A stretch of 39,665 bases of DNA from IMG/VR virus record IMGVR_UViG_3300033148_003693, positions 1-39,665 of that record; one strand, given 5' to 3'. Origin of the DNA: a virus. Under the pieces are notes generated by a model. That model had not been told where the DNA came from and did not search any database. It saw nothing but the letters and a program-made list of their open reading frames with translations. Position numbers and translations under genes: made by a program. Of this stretch, positions 1-7,971 are shown piece after piece (the first letter of the stretch is position 1; every line of letters begins with the position of its first letter).

Positions 1-88
1 AAGTGTCCCACGGGTTCACCATCACATACATAGGCGCAGCGAACGTGTTATTTGGTAGCCTTGTATGATTATTAAATAAATCACTAGC
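1..88. repeat. Terminal direct repeat, copy 1 (identical to 39578..39665)
   Basis: Base-by-base comparison: aagtgtcccacgggttcacc...aaataaatcactagc is identical at both window ends (88/88). Its length is capped by the window edges. Confidence 0.95.
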
Positions 89-163
89 TTTTATATGCAC
101 TCTTTCTGGGAAATTACTCTCCCCACCTTCACTAGGGTTATCTGTTACTTTGTTATTGGTCAT
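1..163 (-). CDS. 5' part of a junction-spanning ORF (hypothetical protein); continues at 39577 down to 39390 after circular closure
   Basis: Hand translation from ATG at 163: MTNNKVTDNPSEGGESNFPERVHIKASDLFNNHTRLPNNTFAAP, in frame and stop-free into MYVMVNPWD (the track ORF 39390..39608). AAGGA lies 8 nt upstream of ATG 163. ATGA overlap with the stop of the upstream small ORF. Confidence 0.5.
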   Translation of the reverse strand, partial: MTNNKVTDNPSEGGESNFPERVHIKASDLFNNHTRLPNNTFAAPMYVMVNPWDT

Positions 164-306
164 TGTTTTAGTCCTTGCCTTTTCTTTAATGCCTTAATGC
201 AGTTTTTACAGGTGACCATCATGATTATCTTAGTTTTACTAATACCAAAAATGTCAATTGCATTACATAACATTGTTTTGTTTGTCTTCTTATAGTGTGT
301 TGCCAT
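160..306 (-). CDS. Small hypothetical protein, 48 aa (MATHYKKTNKTMLCNAIDIFGISKTKIIMMVTCKNCIKALKKRQGLKQ)
   Basis: Hand translation, below the ORF-track cutoff. AGGGG SD-like motif upstream. Stop TGA overlaps the next ATG (ATGA). Contains CxxC. Confidence 0.4.
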   Translation of the reverse strand: MATHYKKTNKTMLCNAIDIFGISKTKIIMMVTCKNCIKALKKRQGLKQ

Positions 307-307
307 A

Positions 308-427
308 TCAGCACCCCTTTATAGCTACAAATACCGCTAACGTGAATAGTGGAAGACCTACTAACAAAGTTCTAGCTACCGCACTTGCTACTTCAATTTC
401 TACTATTTGTTTTATTCCTTGTCTCAT
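308..427 (-). CDS. Small hydrophobic peptide, 39 aa (MRQGIKQIVEIEVASAVARTLLVGLPLFTLAVFVAIKGC), one predicted TM helix
   Basis: Hand translation. Its stop lies 1 nt before the next ATG. It fills an otherwise ORF-free gap in a - strand operon. Confidence 0.35.
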   Translation of the reverse strand: MRQGIKQIVEIEVASAVARTLLVGLPLFTLAVFVAIKGC

Positions 428-490
428 TGTACTTATCCCGCTGCTATGTCCTTAAATTGATCTTTTCACGGTAACTTTTACCTTATCCCG

Positions 491-793
491 CTACCACTCC
501 AAATATCGCGCATCAGCTAAACAAGCTTCTTTAAATTTCTTAAGGGCTGCGTATCTTGGTACAAGCCTGTGATCATCAAATACTACGCCAAAACCCCTAT
601 CAGATAGTAGTGTCCCTTCAAATTCACCAGCTACTAACATCTTATAAAAATTTACTCTAATAGGTGTTTCTTTTACATATCTTCCATTATGAAGTACACG
701 TGCTGCTTCACCTAATGCTAGACATACAAATTCTTCTTTAGGTAAAAGACGTTCAGCCTCTTTAATTATTTCTATAAATGTTTGTTTGTTCAT
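491..793 (-). CDS. Hypothetical early protein (100 aa)
   Basis: ORF track; same strand as the surrounding operon. No recognisable motif. Confidence 0.75.
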   Translation of the reverse strand: MNKQTFIEIIKEAERLLPKEEFVCLALGEAARVLHNGRYVKETPIRVNFYKMLVAGEFEGTLLSDRGFGVVFDDHRLVPRYAALKKFKEACLADARYLEW

Positions 794-876
794 TTCGCCC
801 CCATTTTAATTATTACGTACATCAAAATAGACTGTACTAAAATTGCTGCTGTAATAAGTATATATTTTAAAATCAT
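790..876 (-). CDS. Possible 28-aa single-TM peptide (MILKYILITAAILVQSILMYVIIKMGAK)
   Basis: Hand translation. ATGA stop/start overlap with the 491..793 gene. No clear SD. Confidence 0.25.
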   Translation of the reverse strand: MILKYILITAAILVQSILMYVIIKMGAK

Positions 877-990
877 TTGAACACCCAGTACACTTTAGTT
901 AATAATTCCATTAATACACTTAGCCCTATACAGGTAAAGAATATAATTCCCGCAAAGACTTCCTTCCAATGGCGCTTACTAAAAAGGTGT

Positions 991-1443
991 TTAATCGTCA
1001 TAAGGGTCACGTGAGATAGTATTGTTTATAATGAAGTCCACCGCTCTATAGTATCTACCTACCAGTTTTTTATTTTCTTCATAAAGACTACTATAAGCAG
1101 CACATTTATTATTATACTTTTCTTCCCATGCCTTACCATTCTGGTCAGCACTACAGCGTTGCCTATTTACTTCAGTTACTTTATCTTTAAGTCTTTTGAC
1201 TTCAGCACCGTTCTCTTTTTCAGTAGGGTTAAGCAACTTATGATACTCTTCATTAGGTACATTAACAAAATCTTCAGGTTTTTCAGGCACGTTTAGATAT
1301 AGTTTGAAGATGGTTTCTAGGTCATCGAACATATCTTTAGCCATTGCTGTATTGTACTTTTCAATATCTGTTATATGTGTAATGCCTAAGTCAGTCTTTT
1401 CAATCAGATTTTTAACTTCAGCTATCGCGTATGATTTTCTCAT
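991..1443 (-). CDS. Hypothetical early protein (150 aa)
   Basis: ORF track. No recognisable motif. Confidence 0.75.
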   Translation of the reverse strand: MRKSYAIAEVKNLIEKTDLGITHITDIEKYNTAMAKDMFDDLETIFKLYLNVPEKPEDFVNVPNEEYHKLLNPTEKENGAEVKRLKDKVTEVNRQRCSADQNGKAWEEKYNNKCAAYSSLYEENKKLVGRYYRAVDFIINNTISRDPYDD

Positions 1444-1454
1444 TTTAGTTGTCC

Positions 1455-2120
1455 TTAGTATTTACTTTCAATGTAGTCTTGGTGTGTATAATTGTAAGTC
1501 TCTTCTTCTAAATCTGTAACAGCTACCTTATGGTAAGCTAAAGATTTAAACAGAACATCAGCACCAGAATAACTATGTTTTTCACTTCTATGACTGAACG
1601 CTTTAAAGTCTCTACTAGAAGACACAGCTAAATGTGCTACCTTACTGCCATCTTCAAATACATCAATATTAAACCAGTCATAGGTAGTATCTTCTGTCAC
1701 TTCTATCTTTAGACCGTCCCCATAACAATCACATTGGTCTTCATACTGACTTTCAGCATACTGTTCTTGTAATTTTTCTATGATTGAATCTATAGACATT
1801 TCTGATACTGAACTATCACCTAGCCTATCTTTAATAAATTCTTGTATTCTTTTTTTATGTTCAGGTGTTTTGTAAGAAGCTAAAGATTCTGTACAACATT
1901 CAATCATAAATTCACGGTAATCAATGAGGTCTATATTTTCAGGTAGCTTCATTGCTTCAAATGATTTATCTAAAAGTTTATAAGCTGGACCACCATATCT
2001 AAATTGATTCTCTACAGAATCTTTAATAGACTTTTCAATTGATGTTTTTAATTTTTCTTTGACAATAGATTCTATGTCTACTTCATTGAAAGCTTGATTA
2101 ACTAATTCATTAATATCCAT
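1455..2120 (-). CDS. Hypothetical acidic protein (221 aa), first gene of the leftward arm
   Basis: ORF track. AAGGGGA SD upstream of the ATG at 2120. Confidence 0.8.
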   Translation of the reverse strand: MDINELVNQAFNEVDIESIVKEKLKTSIEKSIKDSVENQFRYGGPAYKLLDKSFEAMKLPENIDLIDYREFMIECCTESLASYKTPEHKKRIQEFIKDRLGDSSVSEMSIDSIIEKLQEQYAESQYEDQCDCYGDGLKIEVTEDTTYDWFNIDVFEDGSKVAHLAVSSSRDFKAFSHRSEKHSYSGADVLFKSLAYHKVAVTDLEEETYNYTHQDYIESKY

Positions 2121-2206
2121 CTTATTCCCCTTATTAAAATGTTCGATGAAGGCAACGTAACAAATACCTTTTACAAACGCAAGTTATTTTTTAAGACAAA
2201 ATAAAA

Positions 2207-2242
2207 CCCCTGTAAAAACTCATTGCCAAGCCTTTACAGGGG
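2207..2242 (-). promoter_or_regulatory. 10-bp perfect stem-loop (cccctgtaaa / tttacagggg, 16-nt loop), followed on the - strand by a T-run
   Basis: Paired by hand: 2207-2216 with 2233-2242. The - strand reads ...cagggg-ttttatttt. It sits in the divergent intergenic region, upstream of the leftward first gene. Confidence 0.5.
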
Positions 2243-2248
2243 TCATAC

Positions 2249-2272
2249 CTAGGTATCTTGGGGATACCCTAG
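2249..2272. promoter_or_regulatory. Imperfect palindrome ctaggtatc-ttggg-gataccctag (9 bp plus one bulge), candidate operator
   Basis: Paired by hand. Its right arm overlaps the -35 of the predicted rightward promoter. Confidence 0.35.
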
Positions 2273-2299
2273 ACAATGTAAAACTTACCCTACTACAAT
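2270..2299 (+). promoter_or_regulatory. Candidate sigma70-type promoter of the rightward arm (TAGACA - 18 nt - TACAAT)
   Basis: -35 at 2270-2275 and -10 at 2294-2299, each one mismatch from consensus. About 30 nt upstream of the ATG at 2330. Confidence 0.35.
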
Positions 2300-2329
2300 T
2301 AAAGTATCAACACAAAAAGGACTGAAGGA

Positions 2330-2650
2330 ATGGACCTACAAATAGGCGATATAACATATAAGCTAACTACCCACGCTAAGTACCGTATGAATAAGCGCAA
2401 TGTTAGTATGACTGACTTAGTGGAAGCTTTAAGCAATATTAAAACTGAACGTAAGCAACTTAAAGAAGGCTTTGAAACACGTGTACTTATAACTGGTAGG
2501 AATAATGTCAGTATAGTTACCACAGTGAGTAATGTCATAGTAACCGTTTACAATTACAAAAAGAGCTACTACGATAGCAAAAATAAAAGCAAGTTCAACA
2601 AAAAGCGTAGGGGCCTAAAAAAGGTCTACGGTAACAGACTAAAAAGATAA
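2330..2650 (+). CDS. DUF4258-like (RelE/BrnT-type toxin fold) small protein with a strongly basic C-terminal tail
   Basis: TTHAKYRMNKRNVSMTDLVEAL ... VIVTVYNY matches the remembered DUF4258 pattern (HAxxRMxxRxI ... V[IV]TVY). GAAGGA SD upstream. Confidence 0.5.
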   Translation: MDLQIGDITYKLTTHAKYRMNKRNVSMTDLVEALSNIKTERKQLKEGFETRVLITGRNNVSIVTTVSNVIVTVYNYKKSYYDSKNKSKFNKKRRGLKKVYGNRLKR

Positions 2651-2675
2651 ACATTCAATAAGGGGAGAGTGAAGT

Positions 2676-2849
2676 ATGTCAAAAGTAAAATTCTATTTAT
2701 TCGCAGCAATTGTATTTTCATTATTAGGACCATTTTTTATAGTAGGTGCTATTGCTGGGCAATTTATTGGTTCTTTATACTATGGCTATAAGTCCGGTAG
2801 AGAATCATACTTAAATATTATACGTGATCTAAGAAAGAAGGTAGTGTAA
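2676..2849 (+). CDS. 57-aa small membrane protein (MSKVKFYLFAAIVFSLLGPFFIVGAIAGQFIGSLYYGYKSGRESYLNIIRDLRKKVV)
   Basis: Hand translation, below the track cutoff. Strong AAGGGGAG SD. TAATG stop/start overlap with the primase gene. Hydrophobic N-terminal 35 aa. Confidence 0.65.
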   Translation: MSKVKFYLFAAIVFSLLGPFFIVGAIAGQFIGSLYYGYKSGRESYLNIIRDLRKKVV

Positions 2850-5254
2850 TGGCAATTCAAATAGGAACGCTTAGAACGTGGACCCAAAAAGACGGTACCG
2901 AATCTAAGCCATTTTTCAAAGCTGTAAAAGGCTTCTACTACAATACACTTAAAGAATTATTTGATACTATCGAACATGATTTAGATAATCATTTAGGTAA
3001 GAATGAACAGTTTAATTTATTCTATACCGTTGGTCATCACTTAGAAGGTCAAAGAACTAAAACATCATGGCAATGTCAAGAAATTGTACCTTTTGATCTA
3101 GATGGTATTGACTTAGATCAAATTGACCTATACCCACCTTTAGTAGCTGAAGCCTGTGGTTTTGACCTAGATAAATGTTCTATCGTTTATTCAGGTAATG
3201 GTATTCATATCTTGGTTCAGGTCCCTACCTTTGGTAAAGACGATAAGGAATATATCAAAGAAAAAAGATTAGGTTACAAGCAAGCATACGATAGAATCAT
3301 GAAGGCCTGTAAAGAAGCTGGGCTACCTATCGAAAAAGACACTACTGCATGGGATTATGCCCGAATTTTAAGGTGCCCCTTCACCGTTAACAAAAAGCTT
3401 AAGAAGCAAGAAGACGGTTCTATAAAGGAAGTAGTCAAAGAATGTAGGATAATTCAAAATAATCTACAAACACAAGACTGGGAAATACCACAAGTAAAGA
3501 AGGTAAAAGAATCTTTATCACTTAAAGTTGGTACATTCCCTAGACCTGACACAAATGAAGTATCTACATCTTGTGAGTTTTTCAAATGGTTAAAGGATAA
3601 ACCCGATGAAGTACATGAACCACACGCATACGCCATGTTATCAATTGCCGGTCATTTCAGTGACGAACATGAAACCGCCAAAAAACTCTATTCTAATTTT
3701 AGTAGCCCTTCTATTAGTGCTAAACCATTTGATGAATTTATCGAACAAGCACTATCAACTTCAGGACCTAGAACCTGTAAAGGTATTGATGATGTATGGG
3801 GAAAATGTAATACGTGCCCACACTTTAACAAAGTAACTTCACCTATTCTTTTAAAAGGTCCTGATCATATTGGTACTGAATTTTTGGGGTTTACTACCCT
3901 TGTACATAAAGGCAATAGCATCAGTACCAAAAGGCATTATGAGGACCTAAGAAAATGGTATAAGCGTGAAAAGAATTATATTCACATACCTAATAGACGT
4001 TCTACCCTTATGGAATTTAACGGTAAGTATTTTGAAGAAATAAGTGAATCACATATCAAAGCTGTAGCACAAAAGAATTTTGCCCCCTTAGTAGAAGATG
4101 ACAAGATACGTACACAGTTTTTAAACCAAGTAAAGGCGGCACCTGATACATTAAAGTCAGATAGCTTTTTACATGGCCATAAAGAAAACCTAATCAATTT
4201 GAATAATGGTATTTTAGACTTAGAAAAAGGAGCGTTACTACCTCATAGTATTGAATATGGTTTTACCGCTGTAATTGATTATGACTATGATGAAGCGGCT
4301 GAATGTCCTAACTGGGATAACTTCATAAAAGCAGCTATGCGTGGTAATCAAAAGCTGGTAGACCTAATTGAAGAACTATTAGCTTTTACATTGTCAGGTA
4401 TGCCTTACGATAAATTTCAATTCTATTTCTTACTAATCGGTAAGGGGTTTAATGGTAAGTCTACTTTTATTACTCTCCTACAAAGAATGTTAGGTACTGG
4501 TAACTATACCGCCCACCCTTTAGAAGACCTTATAGATAAACAAGATGCACGTGCTGAATTATCTACTTCACTTGCTAACTTAGTGGCTGACTCTAGTGCT
4601 ACAGCTTTAAAAGGTAAGGACCTTACACGTCTAAAGTCATGGACTGGTAATGATGCTGTAACTGGTAGGGCATTGTATAAGGATAGTATTAGCTTCATTA
4701 ATAAATCTAAATTCATCTTTGGGTTCAATGATTACCCTGAAATTAAAACAACATCTATAGGTGATAATAGACGTATTAAAGCTATTCCTTTTGATGCTGA
4801 CTTTAAAGGTGTTGATAAAGGTTTCTTTATTAAAGACCTAGAAAAAAGATTAGTAGAAGAACGTAGTGGTATCTTAAATAGAGTTGTTACGGCCTATGAT
4901 AGACTGCTTAAAAATGGGTTTAGTCACTGTGATACCTTAGATAACATGAAGACTGATATTAGGAAAAATGCTGATAGTGTGTATGACTTTTTAACTGATT
5001 TTGTTGAATATAAAGAAGGTGGTAAGGTTTTTGCTGAAGATATTTATAATGCCTACACGCAAAATAATGATTATTCAGCGGCTAATTACGCAAAGCAGCC
5101 TAGGACATTTAACAAAGAGCTTAGAAATATTATAGAAACAAATGACGCTATGAGTACCATGGAATTTAAACAAATTAGATTGGGTAGTAAAAGTGGTAAG
5201 GGTCTTTTTAATGCCGTGCTTAAAATAAATAACACGGTTAGTAATAGGTTCTAA
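2849..5254 (+). CDS. Bifunctional primase-polymerase / D5-P4 family replicative helicase
   Basis: N-terminal prim-pol motifs FDLDGIDLD and SGNGIHILV. Zinc-ribbon-like CxxC (CNTCPHF). C-terminal Walker A LIGKGFNGKSTF typical of P4/D5 primase-helicases. 801 aa. Confidence 0.85.
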   Translation: MAIQIGTLRTWTQKDGTESKPFFKAVKGFYYNTLKELFDTIEHDLDNHLGKNEQFNLFYTVGHHLEGQRTKTSWQCQEIVPFDLDGIDLDQIDLYPPLVAEACGFDLDKCSIVYSGNGIHILVQVPTFGKDDKEYIKEKRLGYKQAYDRIMKACKEAGLPIEKDTTAWDYARILRCPFTVNKKLKKQEDGSIKEVVKECRIIQNNLQTQDWEIPQVKKVKESLSLKVGTFPRPDTNEVSTSCEFFKWLKDKPDEVHEPHAYAMLSIAGHFSDEHETAKKLYSNFSSPSISAKPFDEFIEQALSTSGPRTCKGIDDVWGKCNTCPHFNKVTSPILLKGPDHIGTEFLGFTTLVHKGNSISTKRHYEDLRKWYKREKNYIHIPNRRSTLMEFNGKYFEEISESHIKAVAQKNFAPLVEDDKIRTQFLNQVKAAPDTLKSDSFLHGHKENLINLNNGILDLEKGALLPHSIEYGFTAVIDYDYDEAAECPNWDNFIKAAMRGNQKLVDLIEELLAFTLSGMPYDKFQFYFLLIGKGFNGKSTFITLLQRMLGTGNYTAHPLEDLIDKQDARAELSTSLANLVADSSATALKGKDLTRLKSWTGNDAVTGRALYKDSISFINKSKFIFGFNDYPEIKTTSIGDNRRIKAIPFDADFKGVDKGFFIKDLEKRLVEERSGILNRVVTAYDRLLKNGFSHCDTLDNMKTDIRKNADSVYDFLTDFVEYKEGGKVFAEDIYNAYTQNNDYSAANYAKQPRTFNKELRNIIETNDAMSTMEFKQIRLGSKSGKGLFNAVLKINNTVSNRF

Positions 5255-5331
5255 AATATTATAGAAACATTTGTGCGTTGTATTATTGAATAATAACCGC
5301 AATTTATAAAGTTTTTTTTTGTTTCTATAAT
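5254..5331. repeat. ATTATAGAAACA inverted repeat pair (5258-5269 / 5320-5331) enclosing the palindrome attattgaataat (5282-5294); the 16-mer 5254-5269 also recurs at 5125-5140
   Basis: Matched by hand. Lies between the primase stop and the packaging module, in a very AT-rich 200-bp spacer. Confidence 0.6.
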
Positions 5332-5456
5332 CATTTTATAAACTTATTTTAGGAAAATATTTTTTTTATTATGATGTTGTAATGTATGTAATATATATAA
5401 TAGGTATGGAAAAGTTATAAAATCGCTTTAGAAACGAAACAAAAAGGAATGACGGT

Positions 5457-5681
5457 ATGAGTAAAGCAGAAGGATATGTTCGGTTAGGAGCACGGGATTG
5501 GAAAATAGACAAGATGCACAATATAAAAATTGAAGATGCGTGGATTATATTTGATTACGGTTCAGATATGAAAAATATATCTTGTTCATTACATACACTA
5601 GTGGCTTTAGAAGAGTTGAAATATTTATTTAGCAATATTAAATTCATACAGTTTCTAGAGATACAACAAATAGGTAATTAG
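5457..5681 (+). CDS. Hypothetical protein (74 aa)
   Basis: ORF track. AAGGAA SD 7 nt upstream. Confidence 0.6.
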   Translation: MSKAEGYVRLGARDWKIDKMHNIKIEDAWIIFDYGSDMKNISCSLHTLVALEELKYLFSNIKFIQFLEIQQIGN

Positions 5682-5727
5682 CTAACCAAAATTATTTACG
5701 GTACACTTAAAGTAACAAGGAAAAGTT

Positions 5728-6276
5728 ATGTCAGTTTCAAAGAAGAAAACTACAAAGAAAAAAGTGGCTAAGAAAAAAGCAACTAAGAAAACTACAAAGA
5801 AAAAAGTAGTTAAGAAAAAACCTATTCATAAACTACCTCCAAAAGAACGGGCTGAAGCTTATGCTGAAAAAGGTGTGAACACACCCAGTAAGTATAATTT
5901 TGGTAGACCTAGTGAATACTGTGATAGTTACCCTGAAAAAGTTTATGATGCTTGTGTTAGTGGTGAATGTAAAACTATTGCTTCTATTTGTTGTCTCTTA
6001 GATATTTGTAGAGATACCTATAAAGACTGGCAAGCAAAACACAAACACTTTTCCTTAGCTATAAAAAGAGGAACCGAGTATAGAAAAAAACATATGGAAG
6101 ATAAAGGCCTAGTAGGTATGAACGCTGGAAAACAATTCAACGCTATACCTTGGTTATTTTTAGTTAAGAATATGTTTCCTGATGAATACAAAGATAGACA
6201 AGAAGTTGAAGTAGGTAACAAAGGTGATGAAACTTTTAAATTCGCTTTTGATTTAAGTGACAAGCCTGAAGGTTAA
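5728..6276 (+). CDS. terS: Terminase small subunit with a lysine-rich N-terminal extension
   Basis: Position just upstream of terL. GRPSEY...(HTH-like)...TYKDWQAKHKHFSLAIKRG...LFLVKNMFPDEYKDRQE resembles remembered TerS DNA-binding domains. Confidence 0.65.
   Translation: MSVSKKKTTKKKVAKKKATKKTTKKKVVKKKPIHKLPPKERAEAYAEKGVNTPSKYNFGRPSEYCDSYPEKVYDACVSGECKTIASICCLLDICRDTYKDWQAKHKHFSLAIKRGTEYRKKHMEDKGLVGMNAGKQFNAIPWLFLVKNMFPDEYKDRQEVEVGNKGDETFKFAFDLSDKPEG
5743..5826 (+). repeat. In-frame 42-bp tandem duplication (KKTTKKKVAKKKAT / KKTTKKKVVKKKPI) in the terS 5' end
   Basis: The first 23 nt of each unit are identical (5743-5765 = 5785-5807). Units diverge at their 3' ends. Confidence 0.8.
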
Positions 6277-6277
6277 T

Positions 6278-6472
6278 GTGACTGCTGTATATGGTTATAC
6301 CGATTCTAAAACAGGCGCACTAACTAACAACATACAGGAAATTGTATCTCAAGAAGTAGAACTACTTGCTTACGCTTATGTTGAAAAACATGGTAAGGCA
6401 CCTTCTAAAAAACAAATTAATAACTGGATAAACTTTTCTTTAACTGCTATGGGCTGGTATGACGATGACTAA
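6278..6472 (+). CDS. Hypothetical small protein (64 aa from GTG 6278; the track ORF starts at GTG 6257)
   Basis: ORF track frame. GTG 6278 follows the terS stop by 1 nt and has GAAGG 5 nt upstream. The 3' end overlaps the terL start. Confidence 0.55.
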   Translation: MTAVYGYTDSKTGALTNNIQEIVSQEVELLAYAYVEKHGKAPSKKQINNWINFSLTAMGWYDDD

Positions 6473-7952
6473 CGGCCCTATCAACCCACCTATACTAGAA
6501 GAAGCTTTAAACTTTAAAACCTTTAACCCTAAACTTATTCCATACCAGTATAGGGTCATTTACGATATTAAAAAAACCTTTGATTATTCTAACGGTCCAC
6601 ATTACATAATGCTTAGTGGTTCTATTGGTTCAGCAAAGTCTACTCTACTTGCTTGGTTAATTATAAAGCACTGTACTGAATTTGATGGTGCTGGTGTTCT
6701 TATAGGTAGAAAAGCTATGCCTGATTTAGCTGATACCATATTCCAAGAACTATTAGATATGCTAGAAGGTGCCTTAGTTGAAGGTGTTGATTACTGGGTT
6801 AACCATACTAAGAAGTCTTTACGGTTCAAGAACAAGTCTTATGTTATTGCTAGATCATGGTCAGATAGAAAATTCAAGTCTAAATTCAGGTCCCTTAAAT
6901 TATCAATGGTGGTTATTGAAGAGTTAACCGAAAATGATTCTAAAGACTGGCAATTCTTTGATGAAGTTATTGGACGTTTAGGACGTGCTAAAGATAAAAA
7001 GAATAGGACCATACCAGAAAACATATTCATAGCAGCTACTAACCCTGATGACCCTAGCCATGATGCTTATAAGTTTTTCATAAAGGGTAGTAAGAAGACT
7101 GGTAACTATGCTTGTAAGACTGATGAAGATGGGCTAACCAATATTCATACCTATTATTCACTTACTGAACAAAACCCTTTTCTTCCTTCTTGGTATCACG
7201 CTTCCTTACGTAAAAAGTATGATGCTAAAATGATTAGGCGTATGCTGTATGGTGAATGGTTGTACATCAACACTGATGTAATTTACTACTGCTATGACCC
7301 AGTAAAACATTTAGCACCTAATCTAGAAATAAAAAAGAATCTACCTATACGTTTATCTTTTGACTTTAACATCAGTAAAGGCAAACCAATGTCAAGCTGT
7401 ATGCTGCAATTTAATCCCAAGGCACGTAACCAGTCCATCAAAGATAAGCGGTTTACATTCTTTGAAGAAGTAGCAGTAGAAGGTGCAAGAACATTAACAG
7501 CAATGGAAGAATGGGCCGGTAAAGGTGTATTTGATTTACCACATAATCCAAAGATTATTATTCATGGTGATCAGACTGGCACCAAGTCAGATAGTAGAGG
7601 GGTTCAATCGGATTATGACATTATTGAAAAGTTCATAGCTAACTATGAACGTAAAGATGAAGACCCTATAGAATATGAGATTGACTTACCTACTGTTAAC
7701 CCACACCAGCGTATTAGACATAATATCTCTAATGGTCAGTTAGAAAATGCTGACAATGAAATATCTGTAGTAATTGACGAAAAGTGTTATTTCATTGATG
7801 CGGGGTTTAGTAATACTAGACTAGCTGAAAATAGTAAGTACACTGAAGATCAAACAACTGAAGGACAAGATATGTCTACAGCTGCTACTTATGCTATACA
7901 TTATTGTGTAGAATATGAAATGATAGAAGAAGAAGATATAATGTTTAGCTAA
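6459..7952 (+). CDS. terL: Terminase large subunit
   Basis: Walker A LSGSIGSAKST, Walker B LSMVVIEEL, C-terminal RNaseH-like nuclease region (IIIHGDQTG). 497 aa, followed by the portal gene. Confidence 0.9.
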   Translation: MTMTNGPINPPILEEALNFKTFNPKLIPYQYRVIYDIKKTFDYSNGPHYIMLSGSIGSAKSTLLAWLIIKHCTEFDGAGVLIGRKAMPDLADTIFQELLDMLEGALVEGVDYWVNHTKKSLRFKNKSYVIARSWSDRKFKSKFRSLKLSMVVIEELTENDSKDWQFFDEVIGRLGRAKDKKNRTIPENIFIAATNPDDPSHDAYKFFIKGSKKTGNYACKTDEDGLTNIHTYYSLTEQNPFLPSWYHASLRKKYDAKMIRRMLYGEWLYINTDVIYYCYDPVKHLAPNLEIKKNLPIRLSFDFNISKGKPMSSCMLQFNPKARNQSIKDKRFTFFEEVAVEGARTLTAMEEWAGKGVFDLPHNPKIIIHGDQTGTKSDSRGVQSDYDIIEKFIANYERKDEDPIEYEIDLPTVNPHQRIRHNISNGQLENADNEISVVIDEKCYFIDAGFSNTRLAENSKYTEDQTTEGQDMSTAATYAIHYCVEYEMIEEEDIMFS

Positions 7953-7971
7953 AAATACAAGGAAGTAATAA

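Noticed and set aside
1-88. The 88-bp terminal repeat as a genuine physical DTR (T7-like ends)
   Set aside because: It is not excluded. It is disfavoured because an SD-preceded ORF reads across the junction, and because the repeat is exactly trimmed by the contig ends, as in circular assembly overlaps.
95-455. Two + strand ORFs (95..295 and 258..455) from the track
   Set aside because: Their translations are hydrophobic, low-complexity and Cys/Phe/Leu-rich, with no SD. They run antisense to the operon direction. The region is better explained by coupled - strand ORFs 1..163, 160..306 and 308..427.
2299-2538. - strand 79-aa hydrophobic ORF
   Set aside because: It is antisense to the DUF4258-like gene, would start inside the rightward arm, and has no RBS.
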